Assembly (NCBI GenBank): GCA_902521955.1
Contig: CABYTP010000004.1
Location: 21,969-85,968, forward strand
From: an uncultured Candidatus Actinomarina sp.
Lineage (GTDB): Bacteria > Actinomycetota > Acidimicrobiia > Actinomarinales > Actinomarinaceae
Direction of reading: 5' to 3'
Length of the DNA stretch: 64,000 nt
Positions 9,334-20,230 of this stretch are shown here, piece by piece (the first letter of the stretch is position 1; each line of letters begins with the position of its first letter). The notes under the pieces were generated by a model. It worked only from the letters and a program-made list of their open reading frames with translations. It had not been told where the DNA came from and made no database searches. A program made the position numbers and the translations under genes.

Positions 9334-10024
9334 ATTAGAAAACTTAACAGCCTCTATAGGAGATGTTCAAATATTAAAAGGAATAGATTTGGAAATAAAA
9401 CCTGGAGAGCTACATGCAATTATGGGTCCAAATGGTTCAGGAAAATCTACATTATGCCATGTTGTTATGGGCAATGAAACCTATAAAGAACAGGGAAAAA
9501 TTCTTATTGAAAGCAGTGACGTATCTGGACAAAAACAGATTGAGAGGTCTAATGCTGGTATTTTTCAATCATTTCAATATCCAGTTGGCCTACCTGGTGT
9601 AACCTTAAGGGAATTTTCCCAAAATATAAACCAAGATTTAAACAATGAAGAAATAGACAAGCTAGCTGAAAAATTTAGTGTAAAAGAATTTTTAGACAGA
9701 GAAGTTAATGTTGATTTATCTGGTGGAGAAAAAAAACGATGTGAACTATTTCAAATTGCTTTAACCAGTCCCAAAGTTGCTTTACTAGATGAAATAGATT
9801 CTGGTTTAGATATTGATGCAATTAAATCTGTTGCTGAATTAATTAATGCTAATAGAGACAAGAATACTTCGTATTTAATTGTTACACATTACAGCAGAAT
9901 CCTAAAATATCTTGATGTAAATAAGGTTCACATCGTTGTTGATGGAGAAATTGTAAAATCAGGTTCTAAAGAACTTATTGATGAAGTTGATTCTGATGGA
10001 TACACTCAATATCAGGGAAAGTAA
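9326..10024 (+). CDS. sufC: Fe-S assembly ATPase SufC (copy 1)
   Basis: Walker A GPNGSGKST, signature LSGGEKKR, Walker B LLDEIDSGLD, H-loop VTHY. Confidence 0.85.
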   Translation: MLKLENLTASIGDVQILKGIDLEIKPGELHAIMGPNGSGKSTLCHVVMGNETYKEQGKILIESSDVSGQKQIERSNAGIFQSFQYPVGLPGVTLREFSQNINQDLNNEEIDKLAEKFSVKEFLDREVNVDLSGGEKKRCELFQIALTSPKVALLDEIDSGLDIDAIKSVAELINANRDKNTSYLIVTHYSRILKYLDVNKVHIVVDGEIVKSGSKELIDEVDSDGYTQYQGK

Positions 10025-11397
10025 TGACAGAAAAATTCAGAACTGAATCAGATTCCATGGGGGAGTTCCAAGTTCCTATAGATGCAAAATTTGGTGCTTC
10101 GACTGCAAGAGCTACTGATAATTTCCCAATTTCAAATTTACGTTTTTCTAGAGTATTTATTAGATCTCTTGGAGAGATTAAAAAAGCTTGCGCAGTTGTA
10201 AATGAAAAAAATAACTTAATAGATAGTAAATTGTCACAAGCAATAATTGATAGCGCACAAGAAGTAATAGATGGGAAGCATGATAAAGATTTTGTTGTTG
10301 ATATTTTTCAAACAGGATCCGGCACATCAACGAATATGAATATAAATGAAGTTATTGCAAACTTGGCCTCAGAAAAAATTGATACAGAAGTTCATCCAAA
10401 TGATCACGTAAATATGAGCCAATCATCCAATGATGTTATACCTACAGCTACAAACCTTGCATCGTTGCTCTCTATTGAAGAAGATGGTGGTTTATTAGGT
10501 CATTTAAATAATATGAATAAAGCTTTCAACAGCAAAGCCAAAGATTGGGCTGAAGTTTATAAAAATGGTAGAACACATTTAATGGACGCCACTCCAGTTA
10601 CTCTTGGACAAGAATTTGAGGGCTATGCAAATTTAATTGAGAGTAGGATAAAAGATATAAAGAATTCTCTCCACGGCGTTAGAGAACTTCCTATTGGTGG
10701 TACTGCTGTTGGAAGTGGTATAAACGCACCTAATAGTTTTGGTTCTGATGTCGCTATTGAATTACAAAAGGCATTAAATATTAATTTTCGAGAAGCTGAC
10801 AATCATTTCTCAAGACAAGGTTCACGTGACGAAATAGTTCAACTTTCAGGTAGTTTGAAAACATTGGCTTCATCATTATTTAAAATTGCTAATGATATTA
10901 GATGGATGGGAAGTGGGCCCATATCTGGATTAAATGAATTAAAAATTCCAGCACTACAACCAGGATCCTCAATAATGCCTGGAAAAGTTAATCCTGTAAT
11001 TCCTGAAATGATGATGCAAGTTTGTGCTCAAGTCATTGGAAATGATGTAGCTGTTACATTTTCAGGAACTAATGGAAATTTTGAGTTAAACACTATGTTG
11101 CCTGTAATGGCACATAATGTTTTAGAAAGTATTGAATTGTTAACTAATGCCATAAAGGTATTTAACGAAAAATTATTAATAGGATTAGAACCTAATACAG
11201 AAAAAATGGAATCAAATACTCAGAAAAATCCAATTTTAGTGACTGCTTTAGTTCCAAAACTGGGATATGATACAGCAGCTGAAATTGCTAAAGAATCTAT
11301 ATCCACTAATAAAACCATTAAAGAGATTTTGTTAGAAAGAGAGCTACTGTCTGAATCTGAAATAGATGATTTACTAAATTTAAAAAAATTAATTTGA
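10024..11397 (+). CDS. fumC: class II fumarate hydratase (fumarase C / aspartase family)
   Basis: Family signature GSSIMPGKVNP. 457 aa. The ATG overlaps the sufC stop. Confidence 0.85.
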   Translation: MTEKFRTESDSMGEFQVPIDAKFGASTARATDNFPISNLRFSRVFIRSLGEIKKACAVVNEKNNLIDSKLSQAIIDSAQEVIDGKHDKDFVVDIFQTGSGTSTNMNINEVIANLASEKIDTEVHPNDHVNMSQSSNDVIPTATNLASLLSIEEDGGLLGHLNNMNKAFNSKAKDWAEVYKNGRTHLMDATPVTLGQEFEGYANLIESRIKDIKNSLHGVRELPIGGTAVGSGINAPNSFGSDVAIELQKALNINFREADNHFSRQGSRDEIVQLSGSLKTLASSLFKIANDIRWMGSGPISGLNELKIPALQPGSSIMPGKVNPVIPEMMMQVCAQVIGNDVAVTFSGTNGNFELNTMLPVMAHNVLESIELLTNAIKVFNEKLLIGLEPNTEKMESNTQKNPILVTALVPKLGYDTAAEIAKESISTNKTIKEILLERELLSESEIDDLLNLKKLI

Positions 11398-11828
11398 TGA
11401 ATAAAAACCTTGCTATCGCCTCTGATCATGCAGGTTTTAAACTAAAGCAGTTTTTAGTTGAAAATCTTAAAGAGTTAAACATAAAAGATTTTGGTACAAA
11501 TGATGAAGAAAGTTGTGATTTTCCAGACTTTGCTTCAAAAGTTTGTGAATTTGTTTTACATGATACTTCTTTTAGGGGGTTACTAATTTGTGGTAGTGGT
11601 GTTGGTATGTCGATTGCTGCAAATAAAATCAAAGGGATTAGAGCTTCAAATGTAACTAATGAAGATATGGCAATACAGAGTGTGGAACACAATAATGTAA
11701 ATGTTTTATGTTTAGGGTCAAACAATGTAAGTAAAGCCGATTCTTTAAATATAGTATTAAGTTTTTTGAATTCAAAAATGTCAAACGAAGAGAAATATCA
11801 GAGAAGAATAAATAAATTAGAAGATTAA
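11397..11828 (+). CDS. rpiB: ribose-5-phosphate isomerase B (RpiB/LacAB family)
   Basis: LAIASDHAGFKLKQ and CGSGVGMSIAANK motifs. The ATG at 11397 overlaps the fumC TGA. The track's TTG alternative is at 11394. Confidence 0.8.
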   Translation: MNKNLAIASDHAGFKLKQFLVENLKELNIKDFGTNDEESCDFPDFASKVCEFVLHDTSFRGLLICGSGVGMSIAANKIKGIRASNVTNEDMAIQSVEHNNVNVLCLGSNNVSKADSLNIVLSFLNSKMSNEEKYQRRINKLED

Positions 11829-12181
11829 ATTGATATCTGCCAAATAGCCTTTATCCACTTGTCTTTAATCTCATTTCTGGCAAATACAACTATGCCAATA
11901 GCTCCTTCTTCATAGACTTCCCTCATAGAAGTTCCAGTAGTGTAAACATCATCAGCTATTAATAAAGGATCTTGTTCATTATTAGTACAGTAAGGCTTTA
12001 ATGCTTTTTCAAATGGTATTCCACCTCTGGGTATTCCTTTAACATCTCTAAAGGTTAATCTCTCACTCACAATTTTTGCCAGAGCATCATAATCACCATC
12101 TGTTAGAGCATCGCACTCTACTTTCCAAGTTAAAGGAAGACCAGCATGAGAAATAAAATCTTCTTTTATAAATAAATTCAT
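11825..12181 (-). CDS. minimal type-I phosphoribosyltransferase, OPRTase-like (118 aa), last gene of the pyr operon
   Basis: PRPP-binding motif LLIADDVYTTGTSMREV. Sits at the operon position where pyrE would be, but lacks the usual N-terminal hood region. Confidence 0.45.
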   Translation of the reverse strand: MNLFIKEDFISHAGLPLTWKVECDALTDGDYDALAKIVSERLTFRDVKGIPRGGIPFEKALKPYCTNNEQDPLLIADDVYTTGTSMREVYEEGAIGIVVFARNEIKDKWIKAIWQISI

Positions 12182-12855
12182 ATCAACTTTCTTAATTTTA
12201 ATGGATTAAAACAAACAGTTCCAAAACTAACATGATCTGCTCCAATATTTTTATAGTACTCTATATCTTCATTAGAATCTATGCCCCCACCTGCAATAAT
12301 CTCTATTTTGGGAAAATTAGATTTTAAGTACTTTATAAATTTTGTTGTATAGGGTATTAATTCTTTTCCGCTTAGGCCACCCTTGTCAACAGGAAGTGTG
12401 TTACATGCATGAATTTGTTTAAACTTAAACGTTTCAATGAACTTGTCTAATTCTTTAAAAGTTGTAACAGGTGAAATTTTACCTATAAACCATTCTCTTG
12501 TATCTGGAGCAAATTCTTCAATACCCTCTGTATAATGTTTGTCTATATTAGGACATGACATATTGATTTCAATATTAAAATTTTCTGGTATTTTTTCAGC
12601 AAATATTTTCCAATCATCTTTTTCAATTCCTGCGATAGAAAATACCTCATCCCCTCTATATTTAGTAATCCCATATTCAACTCCAGGATTTCTAAGTCCA
12701 ATTTTGTTTACCCATCCCTTTTTTGTATAACGTAAAGTTTTAGCAATTTGAATGATTCGCCCAGTTCTCTTCTCGACAGTCCAGCTACCAGAAACAGAAA
12801 TCGTATTCTTAGTTTTTACATAATTACCAAAAGGTGCAGCAATAAATTTTTTCAT
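12178..12855 (-). CDS. pyrD: dihydroorotate dehydrogenase-like protein, unusually short (225 aa)
   Basis: Dihydroorotate dehydrogenase (DHOD) motifs NKIGLRNPG (N..GL.N.G), NMSCPNI (catalytic Cys loop) and C-terminal FMN site IAGGGIDSNED. About 80 aa shorter than class-1 DHODs. Confidence 0.6.
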   Translation of the reverse strand: MKKFIAAPFGNYVKTKNTISVSGSWTVEKRTGRIIQIAKTLRYTKKGWVNKIGLRNPGVEYGITKYRGDEVFSIAGIEKDDWKIFAEKIPENFNIEINMSCPNIDKHYTEGIEEFAPDTREWFIGKISPVTTFKELDKFIETFKFKQIHACNTLPVDKGGLSGKELIPYTTKFIKYLKSNFPKIEIIAGGGIDSNEDIEYYKNIGADHVSFGTVCFNPLKLRKLI

Positions 12856-13490
12856 ATGTTTAATTCATTTATTACATAGTCAAGATTATTTCTAATAGAT
12901 CTCCCCATAACAATATAAGAAGCTCCATCAGCTATTGCTTTTTCTGGTGTAGTTATATTCTTTTGGTCATTCGATAAATCATCTTTTAATCTAATACCTG
13001 GACTTACAATTAAGTCAAAAATATTAATTGATTTAGTTATTTCTGATGGTGGGCAAATTACCCCATCTACGTTCGATTCTTTTGCTAATTCAAATTCTAA
13101 ATGCACCCTTTCACTTGTTTCTTCATCGATGGCTTTACTAGTAAGAGCTGAACTGACTCCAAGTAATTTTAAGCTTTCTTTTTTATTTAATGATGCTTCA
13201 TACAAAGCCTCTTGAGAGGATGAAATGTGAATAGTTAAGTAATCAGCTCCTATATTTCCGGCACTTTTTGTTGCTTCCTTTACAGTATTAGGAATGTCGT
13301 GAAGTTTTAAATCAAGGAATACATTCCAACCTTCCTTTTTAAGATGAGTTACAACTTTAGGACCTTCTGATATAAACATTTCGAGGCCTACTTTCACTCC
13401 ATAAATTTTATTTTTTAATTTTTTTAATTCAAATTCAAATTCATTTAACGATTTGCCATCTAATGCAAAAAATATTGGTTTAACTGACAT
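12852..13490 (-). CDS. pyrF: orotidine-5'-phosphate decarboxylase
   Basis: [13 protein letters not shown] (D.K..DIPNT active-site motif). ATG at 13490 ([12 protein letters not shown]), 21 nt inside the track ORF. Confidence 0.8.
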   Translation of the reverse strand: MSVKPIFFALDGKSLNEFEFELKKLKNKIYGVKVGLEMFISEGPKVVTHLKKEGWNVFLDLKLHDIPNTVKEATKSAGNIGADYLTIHISSSQEALYEASLNKKESLKLLGVSSALTSKAIDEETSERVHLEFELAKESNVDGVICPPSEITKSINIFDLIVSPGIRLKDDLSNDQKNITTPEKAIADGASYIVMGRSIRNNLDYVINELNI

Positions 13491-16400
13491 TTTGTATTGC
13501 CTCCATATCATCTAACGTATTTTCTTGTTCTGAAAATGCTTTTATAAAAGCTTGGGCTTCTCTAACTGATGAGACTACAGCAACTCCTGTCTCGTGAGAC
13601 AGTCTTCTAATCTTCCAACCATCTGTATATTCATTTGCAAATGTTGGGGTATTGATTACTAATGAAACTAAATTTTCTTGAATAATTGTAAGAGAGGTTG
13701 GTGATTTATCATTTGCTCTACCGACAATCGTTGAAGAAATATTATGCTTTTTCAGATAAGCTTCTGTCCCTTCAGTTGCAAAAATTTTGAAACCAAATTC
13801 AGAATAATTTTTTGCAATTTCAACAAAGTTTGGTTTTTCTTTGTCACTTAGTGATATAAAGACACCTTTTTGTTTTTTATTAATTAAAACTCCCGCTGCA
13901 GCATAAGCTTTATTAAGCGCAGTTCCAAAATTTGATCCAATTCCTAAAACCTCACCGGTTGCTTTCATTTCAGGACCTAGCATTGTATCTTCTGCGGGAA
14001 ATCTTGACCATGGAAAAATCGCTTTTTTAATAGCTATTTTTTTTGTTGAACCATTCAAATAATCAGTTTCTTTTTTTACAAAATCCAAAGAATGACCAAG
14101 CATTAATAAGGTACCAGCTTTAATTATTTGATTTCCAGTTACCTTTGCAACAAAAGGCATTGTTCTTGATGCTCTAGGGTTTGCTTCTAAGATATATAGA
14201 GTATCTTCTTTCACTGCAAATTGAATATTCAAAAGCCCTTTAACATTTAAAGCTTTTGCTAGCTGTATACTTTTTTGTTCAATTTCATTAATAATTTTTT
14301 TGTCAATACTAAAAGGTGGAAGGACTGCTGTTGAATCTCCACTATGAACACCCGCTGGCTCTAGGTGTTCAAGGACTCCAGCTATGAATACCTCTTTACC
14401 ATCAGATATTAAATCTACGTCCACCTCCACTGTATCTGTTAAAAATTGATCAACAAGTAATGGACCAGAATTAAAAGGATTACCATCGTCATCTGCGCTT
14501 GCTAGTATCGAAAGATAATTTTTTAGTTCAGTATCATTTTGCACTACTCTCATTGCTCTTCCGCCTAATACATAGCTTGGTCTTAATAGGACTGGATATC
14601 CAATTCCATTTACGGAATCTATAAGTTCATTTTCATTTGAAGCAATTTGTGAAATTGGTTGATTAATATCTTGTGATTCACAAAGTTTTTGAAATAAGTT
14701 ACGATCTTCTGTTGCATCAATAACTTCTAATGATGAACCTGCAATATTATATCCAGCTTCGTGTATTTTTTTTGCAAGTTTTAGTGGAGTCTGTCCGCCA
14801 AGTTGAATGATTACTGAATCAGGTTGCTCTCTTTTTAGTACTGAACTTACTTCATCCCATGAAAGGGGTTCAAAATAAAGCTTGTCGGCTGTGTCATAAT
14901 CAGTAGATACAGTCTCTGGATTAGAGTTTATCATTATTGATTCATATTTGTTTTCTTTAAGTGATTCAACCCCATGAACACAGCAGTAGTCGAATTCAAT
15001 TCCTTGACCAATTCTGTTTGGGCCCGAGCCAATAACAACAACCTTTTTGTTATTGGAAGTATGATCGTCATCTTCTGATCCATTAGTTGAGTAGAGGTAT
15101 GGAGTTTTCGATTCAAACTCAGCAGAGCAAGTATCAACTAATTTATAAACTCTATTATCTTTAAGACTATTTTTTTTATCTTTTGAATCTAGATCCTCAT
15201 CTGTCCAACCTAGCATTTTCAGTATTGATGTGGGGGTAGATTCTGGAGTAACGTTAAAACTTTTTTCTATTTCATTTAAAAACCATACATCAATACTTGA
15301 AAGATTTGCTATTTTTTCAATATCCCAATTTCTGCGTATTCCTTCAAGAATTGCAAAGATTCTCCTCGGTCTGGGTGTCTTGATTTCTTCTTCTAAGTGT
15401 GCTTTTGATAAATTAATAAAACGATTATCTATATTTCTTATTCCAGTTTTTCCAATTTCAAGAGATCTAATCGCTTTTGTTAAACTTTCTGTGAATGTTG
15501 ATGCTATTGACATTACTTCACCCACACTTTGCATCGATGTGCCTAGAACATCATCTGTAGATGGAAATTTTGGAAAGTCAAACCTGGGAATTTTCACAAC
15601 AACATAATCCTGAACAGGCTCAAAGCTAGCTGGAGTAGAGCCAGTTATATCATTTTTAAGTTCTGTTAAGTTATATCCTACTGCAAGTAATGCTGCAAAT
15701 TTGGCAATTGGAAACCCTGTGGCTTTAGATGCTAGAGCTGATGACCTGGAAACTCTCGGATTCATTTCAATTATTCTTCTTTCACCATTTAGTGGATTAA
15801 CAGCAAATTGTACATTACTGCCACCTGTTGCGATGCCTATAGTATCGAGACAGAGTAACGCCTCATCTCTCATTTCTTGATACTCTTTATCAGATAAGGT
15901 TTGGATCGGGGCAATAGTTATCGAGTCACCTGTATGAATTCCCATAGGGTCAAAATTTTCGATTCCACAAACAATTACGCCATTACCATCTTGATCTCTC
16001 ATAACTTCAAGCTCAAATTCTTTCCATCCATAAACAGATTCCTCAATCAAGACCTCTTGTGTAGGGGATGCATTGAATGCTTCTTTTAGTTTGCTATTTA
16101 AATCTTTTTCGCTTTGTACTAATCCAGTTCCACCACCTCCAAGAATATATGAAGGCCTGAGCATAAGAGGATATCCTATTTTCTTACTAACATTAATTCC
16201 CTCTTGAATGGATCTGACATATTCTGCTTTGAGGGTTTTAATACCAACATTTTCCATTGCATTTTTAAATTTCCATCGATTTTCTGCAACTTCAATAGAT
16301 TTTGATGAGGCCCCTAATAGTTTTATATTATTTTGTGCGAAAATATCACTCTCATCTAGTTCCATTGCGAGATTCAGTGCTGTTTGACCCCCTAAAGTTG

Positions 16401-16662
16401 GTAATACAGCATCAGGTTTTTCAATTTCTATTATTTTTTTAAGAAATTCAAACGTTAATGGCTCTATGTATGTTGCATCTGCCATTTTTGGATCTGTCAT
16501 TATTGTTGCTGGATTCGAGTTTACTAATATAATTCTGTACCCTTCATTTTTTAAAGCTTTTGCAGCTTGTGATCCTGAGTAGTCAAACTCACATGCTTGA
16601 CCAATCACTATGGGTCCTGATCCAATAATTAGAATGCTCTTTATTTCTTTATTTTTTGGCAT
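13480..16662 (-). CDS. carB: carbamoyl-phosphate synthase large subunit
   Basis: 1060 aa with duplicated ATP-grasp halves, plus oligomerisation and MGS-like domains. Typical CarB N-terminus [30 protein letters not shown]. Confidence 0.95.
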   Translation of the reverse strand: MPKNKEIKSILIIGSGPIVIGQACEFDYSGSQAAKALKNEGYRIILVNSNPATIMTDPKMADATYIEPLTFEFLKKIIEIEKPDAVLPTLGGQTALNLAMELDESDIFAQNNIKLLGASSKSIEVAENRWKFKNAMENVGIKTLKAEYVRSIQEGINVSKKIGYPLMLRPSYILGGGGTGLVQSEKDLNSKLKEAFNASPTQEVLIEESVYGWKEFELEVMRDQDGNGVIVCGIENFDPMGIHTGDSITIAPIQTLSDKEYQEMRDEALLCLDTIGIATGGSNVQFAVNPLNGERRIIEMNPRVSRSSALASKATGFPIAKFAALLAVGYNLTELKNDITGSTPASFEPVQDYVVVKIPRFDFPKFPSTDDVLGTSMQSVGEVMSIASTFTESLTKAIRSLEIGKTGIRNIDNRFINLSKAHLEEEIKTPRPRRIFAILEGIRRNWDIEKIANLSSIDVWFLNEIEKSFNVTPESTPTSILKMLGWTDEDLDSKDKKNSLKDNRVYKLVDTCSAEFESKTPYLYSTNGSEDDDHTSNNKKVVVIGSGPNRIGQGIEFDYCCVHGVESLKENKYESIMINSNPETVSTDYDTADKLYFEPLSWDEVSSVLKREQPDSVIIQLGGQTPLKLAKKIHEAGYNIAGSSLEVIDATEDRNLFQKLCESQDINQPISQIASNENELIDSVNGIGYPVLLRPSYVLGGRAMRVVQNDTELKNYLSILASADDDGNPFNSGPLLVDQFLTDTVEVDVDLISDGKEVFIAGVLEHLEPAGVHSGDSTAVLPPFSIDKKIINEIEQKSIQLAKALNVKGLLNIQFAVKEDTLYILEANPRASRTMPFVAKVTGNQIIKAGTLLMLGHSLDFVKKETDYLNGSTKKIAIKKAIFPWSRFPAEDTMLGPEMKATGEVLGIGSNFGTALNKAYAAAGVLINKKQKGVFISLSDKEKPNFVEIAKNYSEFGFKIFATEGTEAYLKKHNISSTIVGRANDKSPTSLTIIQENLVSLVINTPTFANEYTDGWKIRRLSHETGVAVVSSVREAQAFIKAFSEQENTLDDMEAIQNVS

Positions 16663-17749
16663 ACTGTTCTTCCATCATTTCAACAAAAGGGTTAAATATT
16701 TGTAATCCATCAGATGTTCCTGGACCAGATTCAGGATGAAACTGAACAGAGTATGCCATTGAATCCCATAGGCTAATACCTTCATTACTACCATCATTTA
16801 AATTACTTGCATAATTTTCTATATTTCCAAAATCTTTGTGTACTAAATTTTCATCAAATTTTTCTACTGCAAATCCATGATTTTGGGCAGTTATTAATGC
16901 TTTTTTAATTCCCTTGATTTTTACAGGATGATTAGAACCATGATGTCCAAACTCCAATTTATTTACCTTTAGTCCGCAGGCAAGGCTTAATATTTGATGA
17001 CCTAAACAAATTCCAAATATCGGTATTTTGCCTATTAAGTTATTTATCATTTTTATTACATTTATAAGAGATCTTGGATCACCTGGACCATTTGAAATTA
17101 AAAGCCCTTTTAGATTCATTGAGAGAATATCTTCTGCAGACGAATCTGGTTTTATAGATACAACCTGATAATTTAAATTTTCTAAGACATTTACAATACT
17201 CTTTTTGGCACCCAAATCTAATATACCAACCTTCCCCTCTGGTGCATTGCTACTGATGTCTAAATTTCCAGCTGTTAAGGCAGAGTCGTCTCCTAAAATG
17301 TTTGTCGCAGAATTAAGTAACTCAAGTAAATCATTTTTATCAATGTCTACACCCAAAGCATACATGCTAGTTCCACGATCACGTAAGTATTTAGTAATCG
17401 CTCTTACGTCAAACCCTCCACTGAATGGAATCTCATATTCAGCTAACCATGAAGTAAGAGCTTTTTGAGATCTCCACGAAGAGGGAGAATGACTAAATGT
17501 ATTTCCTACTGCAGCTTCAATCTTTGGTTTATTCGATTCAAAATCAATTTCTGATAGACCATAATTTCCTACATGAGAAGAGGTGAAGGTTACAATTTGA
17601 TTTATATATGATGGATCACTTAAGATTTCAACGAACCCTGTCATTGCTGTATTAAAAATTAACTCACCCGTTGCTGGTTTAAAAGAATATTCTGACCAAC
17701 CAGTGAATTCATCTCCATTTTTATTTACAAGTAAGGTTTTTTTATACAT
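16649..17749 (-). CDS. carA: carbamoyl-phosphate synthase small (glutamine amidotransferase) subunit
   Basis: GATase catalytic triad region GICLGHQ and the CarA N-domain. ATG at 17749 (MYKKTLLV). Confidence 0.9.
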   Translation of the reverse strand: MYKKTLLVNKNGDEFTGWSEYSFKPATGELIFNTAMTGFVEILSDPSYINQIVTFTSSHVGNYGLSEIDFESNKPKIEAAVGNTFSHSPSSWRSQKALTSWLAEYEIPFSGGFDVRAITKYLRDRGTSMYALGVDIDKNDLLELLNSATNILGDDSALTAGNLDISSNAPEGKVGILDLGAKKSIVNVLENLNYQVVSIKPDSSAEDILSMNLKGLLISNGPGDPRSLINVIKMINNLIGKIPIFGICLGHQILSLACGLKVNKLEFGHHGSNHPVKIKGIKKALITAQNHGFAVEKFDENLVHKDFGNIENYASNLNDGSNEGISLWDSMAYSVQFHPESGPGTSDGLQIFNPFVEMMEEQYAKK

Positions 17750-18800
17750 ATAAATCAACTTTCTTGATACTCACCTCAAAATTTTCAAATGCTGAATTTT
17801 TATATTCAGATTTAGTATTAAACAATTCTGTTACTTCAATCCATTTATTATGAAATGGTTCATTTATTTCATAACCCAGATTATTCAAAATTTCCCTGGG
17901 CTTGTCTACTAGGAAAACTATTAACTCATCTAATGTAAAAATGTTCGAGGAATATAGAGCTGGAAAAGCAGATTCAAGTCCTACAACACCTCGAGCTGCT
18001 TCTTTAAATTTTATATTCTTAGCCACTTCAGGGTGAGGAGCGTGATCAGTTGCGATAGCATCTATTATTCCAGTCTTAAGGCCGCTGATGAGAGATTTCC
18101 TATCTTCTTCAGAACGAATTGGAGGATACATTTTGTATTTTCCATTTGTTATATCTAAATTTTCATTATTGATAAGTAAATGATGGGGAGTTACCTCAGC
18201 AGTCACAGGTAATTGTTTATTTTTGGCCTGTTCAATTAATTCAACACTCTTTCTCGAAGAAAGGTGTTGAGCATGGTATCTAGTATTATATTTCTCAACT
18301 AAGTCAAGATCTCTTTTAAGTATTTCAAACTCTTCTGAGTCGGGAATTAATATTAGTTCACTTGAATTACTGGGTGGAGCTATATCACCAGGATTTGAGA
18401 AGCAGCTTTTTTCACAGTGTTGAAAAATTGCCCCACCTAATTCTGCAACTATCTTGAATGCTTCATCTGCTAGTGAGTCTTCTATTAAAGATTTGCCATC
18501 ATCTGAAAAAATTGTAATTCCATTTTTAATAAATGACTTAAAATCTACTAGCTCTTTTCCATTTAGATTTTTTGAAAGAGCACCAACCCTGTGAACATTT
18601 AAGTTTAATGAGCTATCAATTTCTATTGCATAATTGAGTGATTCAATATCGTCAATTACAATTTCAGAATTAGGCATTGCTAATATATCCGAGTACCCAC
18701 CATTAAGTGCTGATTTTTCAATATCTTTTGCTGGGAAAAATGATTTATCAGGATACCTTGTATGTGTATGTAAGTCTAAGAACGCGGGAACTTTTATCAT
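17742..18800 (-). CDS. pyrC: dihydroorotase-like amidohydrolase
   Basis: Metal-binding DLHTHTR near the N-terminus and a later DHAPH. Its position between pyrB and carA matches actinobacterial pyr operons. 352 aa, short for PyrC. Confidence 0.7.
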   Translation of the reverse strand: MIKVPAFLDLHTHTRYPDKSFFPAKDIEKSALNGGYSDILAMPNSEIVIDDIESLNYAIEIDSSLNLNVHRVGALSKNLNGKELVDFKSFIKNGITIFSDDGKSLIEDSLADEAFKIVAELGGAIFQHCEKSCFSNPGDIAPPSNSSELILIPDSEEFEILKRDLDLVEKYNTRYHAQHLSSRKSVELIEQAKNKQLPVTAEVTPHHLLINNENLDITNGKYKMYPPIRSEEDRKSLISGLKTGIIDAIATDHAPHPEVAKNIKFKEAARGVVGLESAFPALYSSNIFTLDELIVFLVDKPREILNNLGYEINEPFHNKWIEVTELFNTKSEYKNSAFENFEVSIKKVDLYV

Positions 18801-19699
18801 ATGAGCTCAAGTACGAACTTGTAAGCCGCAATTCTTGATCCAATTCCCAAATGAAGTTGTTCTTGGTACTTAAATTTATTATGAAGAGATGCTTCTTCAG
18901 ATATTTCAATCCCTACATTAATTGGCATGGGGTGAAGCACTATTAAATCATCAGGTGAATTATCTAGAATATCTTCACTGATTTGAAAATGTTTTATATA
19001 TTGTTCAAAATTAAATTCTTTTATATCTTTAATTCTTTCCTTTTGTACTCTAAGTAACTCAATAGCACTTGTATTGCTTACTACTTCATCCCAAGAGTTA
19101 TATATCTGTAAATTACTAAGATCATCAGGTAATAATTCATCACTTGCGTAAATACCAACTTTAAATCCTAATTTTTCTAAAAGCTCTCTTCCTGATTCAA
19201 AAACTCGAGAATGTTTTAAGTCACCAACATATGTAATTGGTATATCTCTATCTAACTTATTAAATTTTTGTAAAGTTGCAACGTCTATAATCGCCTGAGT
19301 CGGATGTGAGCTATTTCCAAAACCCGCACTAATTACTGATAAATCATCTATTTTTTCGTAGTCTTGAAAATTATTCTCTTTTGTCCTTATCACTAAAACC
19401 TCAATACCTAAAGCTTTGTAAGTTTCTATTTCATGTTGTAAATCTTCACCTTTAGATTTTGCAGAAATAAGATCAGTCATTTCTACTATTTCTATACCTG
19501 ATTTTTTAGCTGCTAATGAAAAAGAAAGCCTTGTTCTGGTTGAACCTTCATCAAATTTTAAAAGAGCATATGAATTGACTTTCTCAATATTATTATTTTC
19601 TATTTTTAGTGTTGTATCAATTAGTTTTTCTAACTCCTGTTTCTCTATGTTTTTAAAATTTAAAAAATGCTTCATTTTATGTAATTTCAATCTTGTCAA
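18797..19699 (-). CDS. pyrB: aspartate carbamoyltransferase catalytic subunit
   Basis: STRTR motif (GSTRTRLSF) and HPMP (HPLP-type) motif. Confidence 0.9.
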   Translation of the reverse strand: MTRLKLHKMKHFLNFKNIEKQELEKLIDTTLKIENNNIEKVNSYALLKFDEGSTRTRLSFSLAAKKSGIEIVEMTDLISAKSKGEDLQHEIETYKALGIEVLVIRTKENNFQDYEKIDDLSVISAGFGNSSHPTQAIIDVATLQKFNKLDRDIPITYVGDLKHSRVFESGRELLEKLGFKVGIYASDELLPDDLSNLQIYNSWDEVVSNTSAIELLRVQKERIKDIKEFNFEQYIKHFQISEDILDNSPDDLIVLHPMPINVGIEISEEASLHNKFKYQEQLHLGIGSRIAAYKFVLELI

Positions 19700-20183
19700 T
19701 ATTGTCGATTTCTTCTAAAAATACTGATACATAGTCATTCTCATTTGTAGGAATATTTCTTCCAATAAACTTTGGAGATATAGGTAACTCTCTATGTCCT
19801 CGGTCCACTAGACATAAAAGTGAAATTAGTTTCGGTCTTCCAGAGTGCATTACAGCTTCGATAGATGCTCTGAGCGTTCTTCCTGTATAGATTACATCAT
19901 CAATTAAAATCACATCTCTGTCTTTAGGATTAATTTTTAATAATGTTTTTTCAATATCTTCATTGATGTCATCTCTAAATGGAATATAGTCTACAGTATC
20001 TAAGTCATGAGAAAAGTTAAAATTTTTTAGATTATCGGATATTCTTTTAGCAATTAAATCACCTCTTCTTGGAATGCCAATTAAAAGGGGATTATCGTGT
20101 TGGGACTCAGTAATTTCTTTACTAAGACGAAAAAGAATTTTTTCTATTTCCAAACTATTCCTTCTGATACTCACAGGTATCAA
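19677..20183 (-). CDS. pyrR: pyrimidine operon regulator / uracil phosphoribosyltransferase PyrR
   Basis: PRTase loop ILIDDVIYTGRTLRA and N-terminus LLIGIPRRGD. There is no in-frame ATG, so the start must be TTG at 20183 or another non-ATG codon. Confidence 0.8.
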   Translation of the reverse strand: MIPVSIRRNSLEIEKILFRLSKEITESQHDNPLLIGIPRRGDLIAKRISDNLKNFNFSHDLDTVDYIPFRDDINEDIEKTLLKINPKDRDVILIDDVIYTGRTLRASIEAVMHSGRPKLISLLCLVDRGHRELPISPKFIGRNIPTNENDYVSVFLEEIDNIDKIEIT

Positions 20184-20230
20184 TTAAAGCTCTACCTATA
20201 TTACCAAAATTCCTTATTAAATATTGAGGA

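Noticed and set aside
12178-12855. Short pyrD-like ORF as an artefact of a frameshift in a longer gene.
   Set aside because: Its start codon abuts the pyrF stop in the same operon frame structure and the pyrF C-terminus is intact, so there is no room for a longer upstream extension. I kept it as a genuine short gene, reported as a finding.
20184-20230. Possible PyrR-binding anti-antiterminator in the pyrR leader (UAGGUAGAGCUUUAA).
   Set aside because: It resembles the conserved PyrR loop (…CCAGAGAGGCU…) only weakly. The 47-nt leader is too short for a convincing terminator or antiterminator pair, and I could not fold it reliably by eye.
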